Shown here: piece by piece, positions 1 through 10,401 of the stretch
How positions within the stretch are numbered: position 1 is the stretch's first letter
Layout: each line of letters opens with the position of its first letter
NCBI GenBank assembly: GCA_963842185.1
Contig: CAWJFL010000013.1
Span: 372,022 to 436,021 of the forward strand
Source: an uncultured Verrucomicrobiae bacterium
GTDB lineage: Bacteria; Verrucomicrobiota; Verrucomicrobiia; Palsa-1439
Direction: 5' to 3'
Length of the DNA stretch: 64,000 nucleotides
Made by a program: the position numbers and the translations under genes
Notes under the pieces: generated by a model
The model's input: the letters and a program-made list of their open reading frames with translations, nothing else
Told to the model about the DNA's origin: nothing
Database searches by the model: none

Positions 1-2
1 CC

Positions 3-80
3 GACCCCGACGGGTACCTGTGGGAGGTCGCTTGGGGCGCGTTTGATTTCCGTGATGACGGAAGCTTGATCATCCCATGA
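3..80 (+). CDS. 3'-terminal fragment of a VOC/glyoxalase-family protein (the gene starts upstream of the window)
   Basis: Frame 3 reads ...DPDGYLWEVAWGAFDFRDDGSLIIP* ending at TGA 78-80. D-P-D-G-x-L-W-E resembles the C-terminal beta-strand motif of glyoxalase/bleomycin-resistance/dioxygenase (VOC) proteins. Confidence 0.45.
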   Translation, partial: DPDGYLWEVAWGAFDFRDDGSLIIP

Positions 81-264
81 CGATCCCAGCAAGACGGCGC
101 CCCAATCCGAACGACGTGTGGATACCGGCATTACGGTCTTCTGTCGTAAGTGTGACGGGAATGAACGGAGTTTCTGTCATACCTCGATTTCCGCATCCTT
201 CCGCTTGCCCTCGACCATGCATCGCAGGTAATGTAGTTGCCGACGGCAAACGGAGGGCATTCTT

Positions 265-711
265 ATGCATACGGTGAAGGAACTGTTGCGGGAAAAAGGC
301 CATCAGATTTGGACCATCGCACCGGAGGCTACCGTGTACGAGGCGCTGGAGTTGATGGCCGCGAAAAATATCGGCTCTGTCGTGGTCGTCGAACACGGCG
401 ATGTGGCGGGCGTGTTTACCGAACGCGATTACGCTCGCAAGGTCGTCCTCAAAGGCCGCTCCTCCAAAACCACGACCGTCGCGGAGTTGATGACCACCGA
501 CGTTTTGTACGTCAGTCCCGACGACACCATCGAGAATTGCATGGCGCTGATGACGGAAAAACGGCTGCGTCACCTGCCGGTCATGGAAAAAGGCAAGCTG
601 GCCGGCGTGGTATCCATCGGCGACATTGTGAAGGTGATCATATCCGAACGCGAGTTCACCATCCGCGAACTCGAACGCTATATCACCGGCGGGCACAGCT
701 CCGTCGGGTAA
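265..711 (+). CDS. CBS-domain pair protein
   Basis: 148 aa ORF with two tandem CBS-like modules (...IGSVVVVEHGDVAGVFTERDYARKV... and ...RLRHLPVMEKGKLAGVVSIGDIVKVI...). ATG at 265. Confidence 0.8.
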   Translation: MHTVKELLREKGHQIWTIAPEATVYEALELMAAKNIGSVVVVEHGDVAGVFTERDYARKVVLKGRSSKTTTVAELMTTDVLYVSPDDTIENCMALMTEKRLRHLPVMEKGKLAGVVSIGDIVKVIISEREFTIRELERYITGGHSSVG

Positions 712-715
712 CTCA

Positions 716-2197
716 TCACGCAAGATTTCGCGGCTTGAAGAACTTGTAGTTCTTCAGCCGCGTGTCATCGGGAACAAAGATGGCGGCCGAACGCGGGGGA
801 ATATCCAGGCGCAGGTTGCCCGCTTCCATGTTCACCACTTGCGACGGATCCAGCAGATTCTTCATGGGCAAGGCATGATACAGGTGTGAGTGCGGCGTGA
901 AAATGATTTGCCGCAACGGCTGCGTCGAATTGTTGATCGCCACCAATGCGGTTTCATCGATTTTGTCCGTGTGGCGCAGAAAAACCAAGGCGTCGCTGTC
1001 CAGTTTCTGCCCGAGGACGATGAGCTGACCGCGACGTAACGCCGCGCGCGACTGTCGAATCCCGACGATCTTCCTGTAGAACGCGAGCGTTTCCTTGTCC
1101 CACCGATTCTCGTCCCAGATCATCGGACGACGACAATCAGGATCGTGACCGCCGTCCATGCCGATTTCTTCGCCGTAATACACAAAGGGCACGCCGGGCA
1201 GGGTGAACTGCGCGACCACGGCGAGCCGACGCTGCGCCGCATCATGAATCGTCCAGCGCAATCGTGGCGTATCGTGGCTCGACAGCACGTTCCATGATCG
1301 CACCGCGCCGCCGTGGCCGTAGCCGCCGTAGTACTCCTCCGCGGCATGATTCATCTGCCGCGCGGAGACTTCTCCCGCCAACCAGCCGAGCACCGCATCG
1401 CGGAAGTAATAATTCATTACGCCATGGAAGACCTTGTCGCTGTTGCACCAATCGCCCGCGAAACACATGACTTCTCCGAGCAGGACGGCGCTTGGGAAAC
1501 GCTGGCGCAGGGTCTTCCTCATGCCACGCACAATGCCCAGGCCGACGTCCACCGCGACGTCGAACCGCCAGCCATCGACGCCCATGTCGAGATACTTCTG
1601 CAGCACGCTGTCCTTCCCCCGATACAGCAGTTTTTGTAACGCCTCGCGCCCGAGGTTCAGTTCGGGCATGTGGCGATGACCGCGCCAGCATTCGTATTCG
1701 CCGTTCCCGGTGAATGTGAAGAAATCCTTGTACGGCTTCTTGCCCGACCTCGCGGCGTGGAACCATGGATGATCGTCGCTCACGTGGTTGAACACGGCAT
1801 CGAGAATCAGCCGCATCTTGCGCCGTTTCAGCTCCCGAATCAGTTGTTTCAGCGCCTTCTCACCACCGAATTGCGGATCGACCGTGAAAAAGTCGGTGGT
1901 GTCGTATTTGTGGTTCGACGGCGCAATGAAGATCGGGGTCAGATACAACGCGGTCACGCCGATGTCCTGGATGTAATCAAGATGGTCCGTGATCCCCGCC
2001 AAATCGCCGCCAAAGAAATCTTTCCCGCGTGAGGGGTTTTCCGGCATTTCGTCCCAGCGCCGCAGCGAATACGCGGGATCGCGGTACGCCGGCAGCGCCA
2101 GCTTGGACTCAGAGGTATGCGGCCTGCCAATGGCAAATCGGTCCGGGAAAATCTGGTACGTAATCTGATCGGCCATCCAGAGCGGATCGTTCTTCAT
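716..2197 (-). CDS. GH13 alpha-amylase-family glycoside hydrolase (alpha-glucosidase / maltodextrin-glucosidase-like)
   Basis: 493 aa. Alpha-amylase catalytic-domain motifs are present: LILDAVFNHVSDDHPWF (region I), GVDGWRFDVA (region II, nucleophile Asp), LLGEVM (region III), and a FLxSHD-like segment VLSSHDTPRL (region IV). Confidence 0.85.
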   Translation of the reverse strand: MKNDPLWMADQITYQIFPDRFAIGRPHTSESKLALPAYRDPAYSLRRWDEMPENPSRGKDFFGGDLAGITDHLDYIQDIGVTALYLTPIFIAPSNHKYDTTDFFTVDPQFGGEKALKQLIRELKRRKMRLILDAVFNHVSDDHPWFHAARSGKKPYKDFFTFTGNGEYECWRGHRHMPELNLGREALQKLLYRGKDSVLQKYLDMGVDGWRFDVAVDVGLGIVRGMRKTLRQRFPSAVLLGEVMCFAGDWCNSDKVFHGVMNYYFRDAVLGWLAGEVSARQMNHAAEEYYGGYGHGGAVRSWNVLSSHDTPRLRWTIHDAAQRRLAVVAQFTLPGVPFVYYGEEIGMDGGHDPDCRRPMIWDENRWDKETLAFYRKIVGIRQSRAALRRGQLIVLGQKLDSDALVFLRHTDKIDETALVAINNSTQPLRQIIFTPHSHLYHALPMKNLLDPSQVVNMEAGNLRLDIPPRSAAIFVPDDTRLKNYKFFKPRNLA

Positions 2198-2233
2198 GGC
2201 GCGGAATTCTAGGGTTTATGCTATGCTCGCGCA

Positions 2234-3166
2234 ATGCGCGAATCGCAAGTTCAATCGCCGCCCCCCAAGCGGTGGCAAATCATGACCGCCTTTGCCGCCG
2301 TCTATGTCATTTGGGGATCGACCTATCTCGGGATCCGGCTGGCGGTGGAGACGATTCCGCCATTCTCGATGGCCGGTTCCAGGGCAATCGCAGCGGGTGT
2401 CATCCTGTACGCATGGGCACGATGGCGTGGGGCCGCGAAACCGGAATTCAGTCATTGGCGGGGCGCAACCATCGTCGGCGGACTGCTGTTGCTCGGCGGA
2501 AACGGACTTCTCAGTTGGGCGCAACAGCGGGTTCCATCCGGCGTATCGGCGCTGATCATCGGCTCGGTGCCATTGTGGATGATCCTGCTGGAATGGCTCT
2601 GGCACCGCGGGCCACGGCCAACCCTCGGCATCGTCTCCGGGCTAATCGTGGGATTTGCCGGACTCGGTTTCCTCGTCGGACCGGGCCGACGGAGCAACGG
2701 GGCGGTCATTAACCTGTCCGATGCTGTAGTTCTCCTCCTGGCAGCATTTCTGTGGGCCGCAGGCTCGTTGTATTCGCGGCGCGCGCGATTGCCGTCATCG
2801 CAGTTGCAGGCTGCAGCCATGGAAATGCTGACGGGCGGGGCGTTACTGATGTTGGCGGGAGGTGTCACGGGAGAATGGACCCGTTTCGCGCCCGCGCATG
2901 TGTCCGCGCACTCGTGGGTCGCATGGGTCTACCTTGTCACCTTTGGATCACTGATCGGTTTCACGGCGTACGTGTGGCTCTTGCAAGTGGCATCACCGGC
3001 GCACGTCTCGACCTATGCTTACGTCAATCCCGTCGTCGCAGTGTTTCTCGGTTGGGCGCTGGCCGGCGAACAGGTTACCTCGCGAACCCTGCTCGCTGCC
3101 GCCGCCATCATTCTCGCCGTGGTAATCATCGTGACCCGTTCCGCCGAAGCGCCGACGGAGGTTTGA
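2234..3166 (+). CDS. EamA/DMT-family (drug/metabolite) transporter
   Basis: 310 aa with about 10 predicted TM segments and duplicated EamA halves (IWGSTYLGIRLAV... and AYVWLLQVASPAHVSTYAYVNPVVAVFLGW). An alternative start at ATG about 2282 (MTAFAAVY) is possible. Confidence 0.8.
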   Translation: MRESQVQSPPPKRWQIMTAFAAVYVIWGSTYLGIRLAVETIPPFSMAGSRAIAAGVILYAWARWRGAAKPEFSHWRGATIVGGLLLLGGNGLLSWAQQRVPSGVSALIIGSVPLWMILLEWLWHRGPRPTLGIVSGLIVGFAGLGFLVGPGRRSNGAVINLSDAVVLLLAAFLWAAGSLYSRRARLPSSQLQAAAMEMLTGGALLMLAGGVTGEWTRFAPAHVSAHSWVAWVYLVTFGSLIGFTAYVWLLQVASPAHVSTYAYVNPVVAVFLGWALAGEQVTSRTLLAAAAIILAVVIIVTRSAEAPTEV

Positions 3167-3167
3167 G

Positions 3168-5984
3168 TCAATGCTTCCCGGTCGCCAATGCCAGTTCCTC
3201 TGCCAATTGTTTCTCCATCGCCGTCCGCACCAGCGGGTCGCTATCCTTGTAGAATGCGCGCGCCCAGACGAGTGCACGTGAGTCGCCGAGCCTTGCCAGA
3301 GCTTCCAGAATGTATGGCTGCGCCCGTGGCGATGCTTTCGCAAATGCCCGGCGCAACGGCCCGATGCTCCGTCTCCCCAGACCGACCAGTCCATCCTCCG
3401 CTGCGTACCGCACATCCCACAACTCGTCTCCGAGGGCTCCGATCAACTTCGGCGTCGCGCGACGGTCGCCAATACGGCCCAGCGCCTGCGCGGCACGCAG
3501 TCGCACCAATTCCTGCTGGCTGTCGAGGGCTTTCATCGCCGGCGCGAATGCCTCGCGGGCACGCAAATGACCGAGTGTATAGAACGCGACCGACCGGGTT
3601 TTCTCGCGATTGATCAATGGCAGCACATGCGGGATTGCCGCGCGCGCCTTTTCGTTGAAACGGGCCAGGAAATAACAGCAGAGGCGGGCCATATCATCGT
3701 TCTTCGCGTGGTCGATACCGTTAATGAGTAACGGCACCGCATTCGTGCCGAGGTGATCGATTATGTCCTCGGTCTTGACCCGCACCAGGACCTCGGGACT
3801 GTCCACGCGTGTGAGAAGATAGGGCAACACTTCCGCTCCGCGCTTTTTCAGTTCGTCGGCTGCCGCCTGTGCATCCGGCCGGTCGCTGATGGCGCGACGC
3901 AGAAGTTGTTCAATGGGCTGATGCGTATCGACGGGAGCACTTTGATAGAGACGCGTGTGAGTCTGAGGAGTTGGGGCTCCACTTGTGGTAAACTCATCGA
4001 GCGACAAGCGGGTCGCCTGCCCGGCAACTACATTGGTGAATTCACAGTCCAACCCGGCGCCGTATAACGGTTTCAGCCAGATCTCGTTGTTGGTTTGTCC
4101 TTGCGAGTACTTGTCGTGTCCGCCGAGGTCGAGCATCAGCGCGATGGAACCATACTCACGCTTGTCACCATCGTGGCCGGACGCTTGCGACTGTTTGGGG
4201 TCCGTGCCGGTGCACACGTCGTTGCCCGAGCAATTGAGCAACATGGCAAACGAGTTATTGATCGCTGCGCCCTGGGCCGTGGTATCGCCCGTATAATTGT
4301 TGTGGCCGCCGCGATCAATGAGGATCCCGACCGCATAATCGTGGGCCGCACCCTGGCAAATATGGCCTGCCGTATAGGTATTGTTGCCGCCCCAGTCGAT
4401 CAATTCGCCGCTGCTCAGATGAATGCCCGCGCCTTGGCAATACTGATACGAGTCGTAGGTATTGTTGCTTCCCAAATCCAGCAGCAAGCCAGCCGAATAC
4501 CAGTAGCTCGCGCCCTGACCATATACATCCGCGACATAGTGGTTCCTCCCCTTCAAATCGCAGAGAATGCCGATTCCGCCGCCCGCATACGGTCGCATAC
4601 CGTATCCGAAACCTTGTGAAAGTGTGAAATAATGGTTCGGAAGCCAGCCGCACGGGTATTTCCCTCCCGCGACATAGGAATCGTCTCCGCCCTCATCCAA
4701 CAGCAAGCCGATCCCGCTCGTCCCGCCGAATCCCTGCGCCATCTGCGCCGCTTTGAACCGCGAGTGCCCGCCGCGTTGCCACAAGATGCCCGCGCCGAAC
4801 ATGCCCGCTCCCTGACAAAACGTGTCCGCCTCGAACGTCTGGTTCCCCTCCCCCGTCATCAACATTCCGCAACCGAAGAAGCCGGCGCCCTGTGACAGAT
4901 GTTTCGCCTGAAACGTGCAGTTGCTCCCGAGCGCGGCGAGGATGCCGATACCGAACACGCCGGACCCCTGCGAGAAACTCCGGTTCGAGATGAATTTGTC
5001 GTTCCCACCCATGTCGATCACGATGGAAATTGGCCGACCGAGCAACCCATTTGCGCCGCCCGCGCTGTTCAAGTACGTGTTGTTCCCGCCTGTGTCGATG
5101 ATCAGAAACGCCTCGTTCGTGTACACATGGTGCCCACCGCCTCCCACAATGATCTTGCCCAGCGACGTGTCGGTCTCCACCTGAAACTCCCGCTTCATCG
5201 CCGGATCATCCTTGGCCGCCTGGAGAATGGCGATGGCTTTGTCCACCGCAGCGGCCAAATCATGGACTGCCAAGAAGAGGAGTTCCTGATCGAAGTGATC
5301 GCTGGCATTGAGGATGGTGGTTTCGAGTTCGCCGTCCTGGATGTCAAGGTCTGCATCGCGTCTCAGCAGATAGGCAGCGTCGTTCGTGCTCAGACCCAGG
5401 TTCGCCCATGCTTGTAACTCTGCCGGGTCTTTATCTAGCCCGAAGTTCTCAACCGCGAACGCTGCGAGTGGCCGTGACTGCTCAGATTGAAGCGATTGCT
5501 CCAACACTATTTCTGCGAATGCCGCATCACTGGCGATCACCGCAATGGCGCGCGCGACTGCCGGTGGCAAGTTCGTCAAGAATGCTGGATCGATATCGAC
5601 TGGGGCATAAATCATCCTTATCGCCATCGATCGCACCCCTAGCTGCTGCCACGAAAAGGACGCCAGACGCCCCATTGAGCTACTGGCTTGCAAATTTGAC
5701 GCGACCGATTGCCCATACCCGGGCAACGTCAGCGGTTGTTGGAGGAATGTTCGCGCTTTTTGGAGGATGAGTTCCGATTCAACGTTTGTCTTTTGGAAGG
5801 ACAAATCGTGCGGGGTCATCTTGATGCCCCGCAGCGCCATCTCAATGGCCTGTTCATCCCGGGCATCCAGCACTAAGGGAACCTGGCCGTGAACATACAG
5901 AGGCAATAGCGCAAGAAAACAGACAACCGACATAACTCGACCAAATTGCATTACCGCGTTGAGTCGCTCGTTGATTTCGCCCAT
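3168..5984 (-). CDS. Large secreted repeat protein with three parts: an N-terminal domain of unknown function, about 12-14 tandem copies of a roughly 22-aa Gly/Asn-rich beta-helix-like repeat, and C-terminal HEAT (PBS-lyase-like) repeats
   Basis: The ORF track gives 3168..6284, but its first 100 codons overlap the convergent dehydrogenase gene. A plausible start is ATG about 5984 (MGEINERLNAVMQFGRVMSVVCFLALLPLYVHGQ), which gives a signal-peptide-like N-terminus. The middle region (about 4120-5160) repeats a Q-G-x-G-x-x-G-x-G-x-L-x-D-x-G-G-N-[DN]-x-Y unit (GGNNTY, GGNDKF, EGNQTF, GGDDSY, GSNNTY, GGHNNY, GGHDKY ...). The C-terminal about 280 aa (about 3168-4000) shows HEAT-like helix pairs (...AQALGRIGDRRATPKLIGALGDELWDVRYAAEDGL...). 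Confidence 0.7.
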   Translation of the reverse strand: MGEINERLNAVMQFGRVMSVVCFLALLPLYVHGQVPLVLDARDEQAIEMALRGIKMTPHDLSFQKTNVESELILQKARTFLQQPLTLPGYGQSVASNLQASSSMGRLASFSWQQLGVRSMAIRMIYAPVDIDPAFLTNLPPAVARAIAVIASDAAFAEIVLEQSLQSEQSRPLAAFAVENFGLDKDPAELQAWANLGLSTNDAAYLLRRDADLDIQDGELETTILNASDHFDQELLFLAVHDLAAAVDKAIAILQAAKDDPAMKREFQVETDTSLGKIIVGGGGHHVYTNEAFLIIDTGGNNTYLNSAGGANGLLGRPISIVIDMGGNDKFISNRSFSQGSGVFGIGILAALGSNCTFQAKHLSQGAGFFGCGMLMTGEGNQTFEADTFCQGAGMFGAGILWQRGGHSRFKAAQMAQGFGGTSGIGLLLDEGGDDSYVAGGKYPCGWLPNHYFTLSQGFGYGMRPYAGGGIGILCDLKGRNHYVADVYGQGASYWYSAGLLLDLGSNNTYDSYQYCQGAGIHLSSGELIDWGGNNTYTAGHICQGAAHDYAVGILIDRGGHNNYTGDTTAQGAAINNSFAMLLNCSGNDVCTGTDPKQSQASGHDGDKREYGSIALMLDLGGHDKYSQGQTNNEIWLKPLYGAGLDCEFTNVVAGQATRLSLDEFTTSGAPTPQTHTRLYQSAPVDTHQPIEQLLRRAISDRPDAQAAADELKKRGAEVLPYLLTRVDSPEVLVRVKTEDIIDHLGTNAVPLLINGIDHAKNDDMARLCCYFLARFNEKARAAIPHVLPLINREKTRSVAFYTLGHLRAREAFAPAMKALDSQQELVRLRAAQALGRIGDRRATPKLIGALGDELWDVRYAAEDGLVGLGRRSIGPLRRAFAKASPRAQPYILEALARLGDSRALVWARAFYKDSDPLVRTAMEKQLAEELALATGKH

Positions 5985-6092
5985 ATTTGGTTTACGGTAT
6001 CCAAATTGGTTAGCGAATGCTAGGTTGAGTTGTGGCAGGCGTGAATTCGGAAACCTGATTCGTGATGGCGTCATCGAATTGTGGAGGTCGCT

Positions 6093-7208
6093 ATGAAGGC
6101 AATTGCCGTTTTCCCGGGTACACGTGAAATACGTCTCATCGATCACCCCGAGCCAAAGATTTCGAGGCCCACCGACGTGAAACTGCGCATGATCGATGTT
6201 GGCGTGTGCGGCACGGACAAGGAAATCTGCGCGTTCGAGTACGGCACACCGCCCGACGGCAGCGATTATCTCGTTATTGGCCACGAATCGCTGGGCGAAG
6301 TCGTCGAGGTTGGCAGCACGGTTTCACGCGTCAAGGTCGGCGATCTCGCCGTGCCGATGGTGCGGCGGCCATGTCCGCACGAGACGTGCCTCGCGTGCCG
6401 AAGTGGACGGCAGGACTTCTGTTACACGGGCGATTTCACCGAGCGGGGCATCAAGATGCAGCACGGGTTCATGACGGAGTTCGTGGTGGACGACGAGCAA
6501 TACATGAACGTCGTGCCACCGGCGTTGCGTGATGTGGGCGTGCTCACTGAGCCACTGACGATTGCCGAGAAGGGATTGACCCAACTGTGGCAGGTGCAAA
6601 TGCGGCTGCCGTGGGCGTGTCCGCTGGAGCCGGGAAAGCCGGCGGCATATTGCCATCACGCCGTCGTTCTTGGCGCCGGCCCGGTCGGGTTGTTGGGGGC
6701 GATGGTGCTCGCCAATGAAGGGTTTCGGACATTTGTCTACTCACAGGAGCCAAAGCCGAGTCCCAAGGCCAGCCTGGTTGAAGCCATCGGGGCCACGTAT
6801 GTCTCAGGCAAGGACACCTCGCTGGAACAACTGGCGGCATTGGTTGGCAACATCGATCTGGTATACGAGGCGACCGGCGCGTCCAGCGTGTCCTTCCAAT
6901 TGATGGAATTGCTGGGGACGAACGGCGTATTCATTTTCACGGGCGTGCCCGGACGCAAAGCGCCCATCGAGTTGGACGCCGATCTCATCATGCGCAATCT
7001 GGTTCTCAAGAACCAGATCGTCTATGGAACGGTGAACGCCAATCGCGATGCGTTTGAAGCCGCCATCGCCGACCTGCAGGTGTTCACCAAGAAATGGCCG
7101 GAAGCCGTGCGCCTGCTGATCACCAAACGGTATTCGATGGAGGAACATCGCGATCTGTTGCTGGGCAAGGTGGGCGGCATCAAGAACGTCATCTCCATCG
7201 GCTCGTAG
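6093..7208 (+). CDS. Zn-dependent medium-chain dehydrogenase/reductase (glucose 1-dehydrogenase / threonine-dehydrogenase-like)
   Basis: ATG at 6093 is preceded by a GGAGG Shine-Dalgarno (6083-6087). The track's GTG at 6081 is less likely. MDR signatures are present: [21 protein letters not shown], a Cys-rich structural-Zn loop ([17 protein letters not shown]), and a Rossmann motif [11 protein letters not shown]. Confidence 0.8.
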   Translation: MKAIAVFPGTREIRLIDHPEPKISRPTDVKLRMIDVGVCGTDKEICAFEYGTPPDGSDYLVIGHESLGEVVEVGSTVSRVKVGDLAVPMVRRPCPHETCLACRSGRQDFCYTGDFTERGIKMQHGFMTEFVVDDEQYMNVVPPALRDVGVLTEPLTIAEKGLTQLWQVQMRLPWACPLEPGKPAAYCHHAVVLGAGPVGLLGAMVLANEGFRTFVYSQEPKPSPKASLVEAIGATYVSGKDTSLEQLAALVGNIDLVYEATGASSVSFQLMELLGTNGVFIFTGVPGRKAPIELDADLIMRNLVLKNQIVYGTVNANRDAFEAAIADLQVFTKKWPEAVRLLITKRYSMEEHRDLLLGKVGGIKNVISIGS

Positions 7209-7222
7209 TGGAACGGTCCGTC

Positions 7223-9905
7223 ATGACACCGGAAGCGATCAGACTTGGCGAGGACGCGCGGCGGGAGAAGAATTGGAAGCGATGGGGACCGTATTTGTCG
7301 GAGCGGCAATGGGGGACGGTCCGCGAGGATTACTCCCAAAGCGGCGAGTGTTGGGATTATTTTCCACACGACCACGCCCGCAGCCGCGCCTATCGCTGGG
7401 GCGAGGACGGATTGCTCGGGATCACCGACCGCGAGTGCCGCCTGTGCTTTGCGCTGGCGTTGTGGAATGGCAAAGACCCGATCCTGAAGGAGCGGCTGTT
7501 TGGGTTGACCGGGCCGGAAGGCAATCACGGCGAGGACGTAAAGGAGTGTTATTACTATCTCGACTCGACGCCCACGCACTCCTACATGAAAGCGCTGTAC
7601 AAATATCCGCAGGCGGAATTTCCGTACGACCGGCTTGTCGAGGAGAACCGTCGCCGCGGCAAGGATCAGCCGGAATTTGAATTGCTCGATACGGGCGTGT
7701 TCAATGACAACCGCTATTTCGACGTGTTTGCCGAATACGCAAAGGCCGGCCCCGACGACATCCTGATTCGCATCACCGTTGCCAACCGCGGCCCGGAGGC
7801 CGCTACGTTGCACGTGCTTCCGACCCTCTGGTACCGCAATACATGGATTTGGGGCTGTCGACACGAGGGTTGCTGGGTCAAACCGCGACTTTCGGTCGTC
7901 GGGGATTCCGCGGTGGAAGGCGATCACGTCAATTTTGGAAAACACTATTTCGTCGCAGGCCATGGCCCGAACCAGAAGGCGCCAGAATTGTTGTTCACGG
8001 AAAACGAGACCAACATGAAACGGTTGCACGACACGGACAATTACACGCCGTACGTGAAAGACGCGTTTCACGAGTATGTCGTGCACGGCCAGACCGACGC
8101 GGTCAATCCGAAGCAGGTCGGCACGAAAGTGGCGGCGCACTACAAGCTGGAGATCGCCGCGGGTGGGGAAGTTGTCCTGCGTTTTCGGCTGTCCAATCAA
8201 TCGCTCACGACCCAGAACAACCTGGGCCAGGAGTTCGATGACGTGTTCGTGGCGCGGATACGTGAAGCGGACGAGTTTCACGCCGCGCACGTTCCCGCGA
8301 CGCTTTCCGTCACGGAGCAAAACATCGTTCGTCAAGCGTACGCGGGCATTCTTTGGAGCAAGCAATTCTACCACTACATCGTGAACGACTGGCTCGACGG
8401 CGATCCTCAGCAACCGCCGCCTCCCGAAGGGCGCGAGAACGGCCGCAACGCCGAATGGCGGCACCTCTATTCCCGCGACATCATTTCGATGCCCGACAAC
8501 TGGGAGTATCCGTGGTTTGCGGCGTGGGACCTCGCCTTTCACATGATTACGTTCGCGAGGATCGATCCCCAGTTCGCCAAGGACCAGCTCGTGCTGTTTC
8601 TGCGGGAGTGGTACACGCATCCCAGCGGGCAGATTCCCGCCTACGAGTTTGCGTTTGGCGACGTGAATCCCGCCCGTACACGCGTGGTCGTGCTGGCGCG
8701 TGTACAAGATGACCGGCGGGCGCGGCGAGCGTGACCGGGTATTTTTGTCGCGCACGTTCCAGAAGCTGGTGATCAATTTCACGTGGTGGGTCAACCGCAA
8801 GGACGCGGGGGGCAAGAACATTTTCGGCGGCGGCTTCCTCGGCCTCGACAATATCGGCGTGTTCGACCGCTCGAAGCCGTTGCCCACGGGCGGGCAGCTC
8901 CAGCAAGCCGACGGCACGGCGTGGATGGCGTTTTTCTGCAATACGATGCTGTCGATGGCGTTGGAGTTGGCCCGCGACAATGCGGCGACCGAAGACATGG
9001 CGTCGAAATTCTTCGAGCATTTCGTCGCCATCGCCGATGCGATCAATACCCACGGCGGGATGGGATTGTGGGACGAAGAAGACGGCTTCTATTACGACCA
9101 GCTTTCACTGGACGGACGGACGATCCCCCTGAAAGTGCGATCGCTGGTGGGATTGTTGCCGCTGATTGCGGTCGAAATACTCGAAGACGAGGTCATCAAC
9201 AAGCTACCGGGCTTTCGCAAGCGGATGGAGTGGTTTCTGAGCCATCGCAAGGACCTGGCGCAACAAATTACCTACATGGCCTCGGATTGCCGGAAAGAAC
9301 TCCATGGCCATCGGTTGCTGGCGATCCCATCGCGCGAGCGACTGGAGCGGATGCTTCGGTACATGCTTGACGAGAATGAATTTCTGTCGCCGTTCGGGAT
9401 CCGATCCGTGTCCAAATACCACGAGCGCAACCCGTACGTATTCCACGTGAACGGCTCGGAGTACCGCGTCGATTACGAGCCCGGCGAATCGAACTCGGGT
9501 CTGTTTGGCGGGAACTCGAATTGGCGCGGGCCGATCTGGTTTCCGGGCAATTACCTGTTGATCGAGGCGCTGGAACGTTACAACCATTTCTACGGCGATG
9601 CGCTGAAGGTCGAGTGCCCCACGGGATCGGGACACATGATGAACCTGCAACAGGTGGCCGACGAACTTCGGGCCCGCTTGGCGCGCCTGTTCCTGCCTGA
9701 CGGCAACGGTCGCCGCCCGTGCCACGGGGACGGAAAAACGTTACGCCACCGACCCGCACTGGAAAGACCTCGTGTTGTTTTACGAATATTTCCACGGCGA
9801 CAATGGCCGCGGCATCGGGGCCAGCCACCAAACCGGCTGGACGGCCCTGGTCGCGCGCTGCCTGGAAGACACCCCACGGGGGCGTATCAAGAGCACGAAG
9901 CTTGA
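7223..9905 (+). pseudogene. GH63-related (MGH1-like) glucosidase, about 890 aa, interrupted by a single +1 frameshift near 8668-8676
   Basis: Two consecutive ORFs (7094..8734 frame 2; 8700..9905 frame 3) together give a continuous GH63-like sequence ([22 protein letters not shown]... then ...[18 protein letters not shown]...). The frame-3 read-through is ...[16 protein letters not shown]. The frames rejoin if one C is removed from the run aatCCCgCCCgta. The true start is probably ATG 7223 ([10 protein letters not shown]). Confidence 0.7.
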
Positions 9906-9930
9906 CCACGCATCTTGAAATGAAGGAGAA

Positions 9931-10401
9931 TTGATACCAATGATTCCCGACCTACCAAACCGTAGAGCGAGAACACCATTTGCGGTGATCGCGGTGTTGT
10001 TGATTGTCGGTTGCGCTGTCGACGCAACCCAACCTCGCGAACTTGGGAGTCATTTAGTGTCAACTTTGAATAGCTATGGGGCCAGGCGGTGCACTGTCCG
10101 CCCCATACCGCAATTGCGCTGCCAATGGACTTATCTCCCCGATAAAGATGGCTTTCAATTCCACGTTCGGGGCGACCTGTTCCCCGAAGTGGACAGATGG
10201 TTCCGCACCACATATGGCGTCCCGCCTAAGTGTTACCAGAAAGAAGGCCTGCGTCACCCCATGTACGTTTACGACGTTGCAACTCTCGGCATAGCTGTCC
10301 AGTATGGTTATGACGCAAATAGGGACAGTACTTTCATCGTCGGCGTTAAGCCGCGCGATGTGCTCAAGGATTTTGGTCTGACGCCATCTAGAGCGGTTTA
10401 A
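9931..10401 (+). CDS. Hypothetical lipoprotein (the 3' end was rewritten by the IS630 insertion)
   Basis: 156 aa. The N-terminal signal with LLIVGC is lipobox-like. The last 5 codons (..P S R A V *) and the stop TAA 10399-10401 lie inside the left inverted repeat of the IS. The pre-insertion C-terminus can be reconstructed as ...GLTPSNSSQ*. This gene is visibly lower in GC than its neighbours. Confidence 0.5.
   Translation: MIPMIPDLPNRRARTPFAVIAVLLIVGCAVDATQPRELGSHLVSTLNSYGARRCTVRPIPQLRCQWTYLPDKDGFQFHVRGDLFPEVDRWFRTTYGVPPKCYQKEGLRHPMYVYDVATLGIAVQYGYDANRDSTFIVGVKPRDVLKDFGLTPSRAV

Noticed and set aside
729-762. Near-perfect 15 bp-stem palindrome CGCGGCTTGAAGAACT-tgt-AGTTCTTCAGCCGCG just past the CBS gene stop
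   Set aside because: It lies inside the C-terminal codons of the convergent GH13 gene (KNYKFFKPR). It is not followed by a T-run. It is probably a coding coincidence or at most a weak convergent-transcription barrier, so it is not annotated as a terminator.
3168-6284. Extended 1038-aa version of the repeat-protein ORF given in the track
   Set aside because: The first ~100 codons overlap the start and Shine-Dalgarno of the convergent dehydrogenase gene and lack sense. Internal ATGs at about 5984 or about 5934 give a signal-peptide-like N-terminus instead.
7022-9046. 674-aa ORF on the minus strand, the longest unexplained ORF in the track
   Set aside because: It is entirely antisense to the GH63-like gene. 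Its translation is Arg/Pro/Val-rich and low-complexity with no motifs. It is a typical high-GC antisense artefact.
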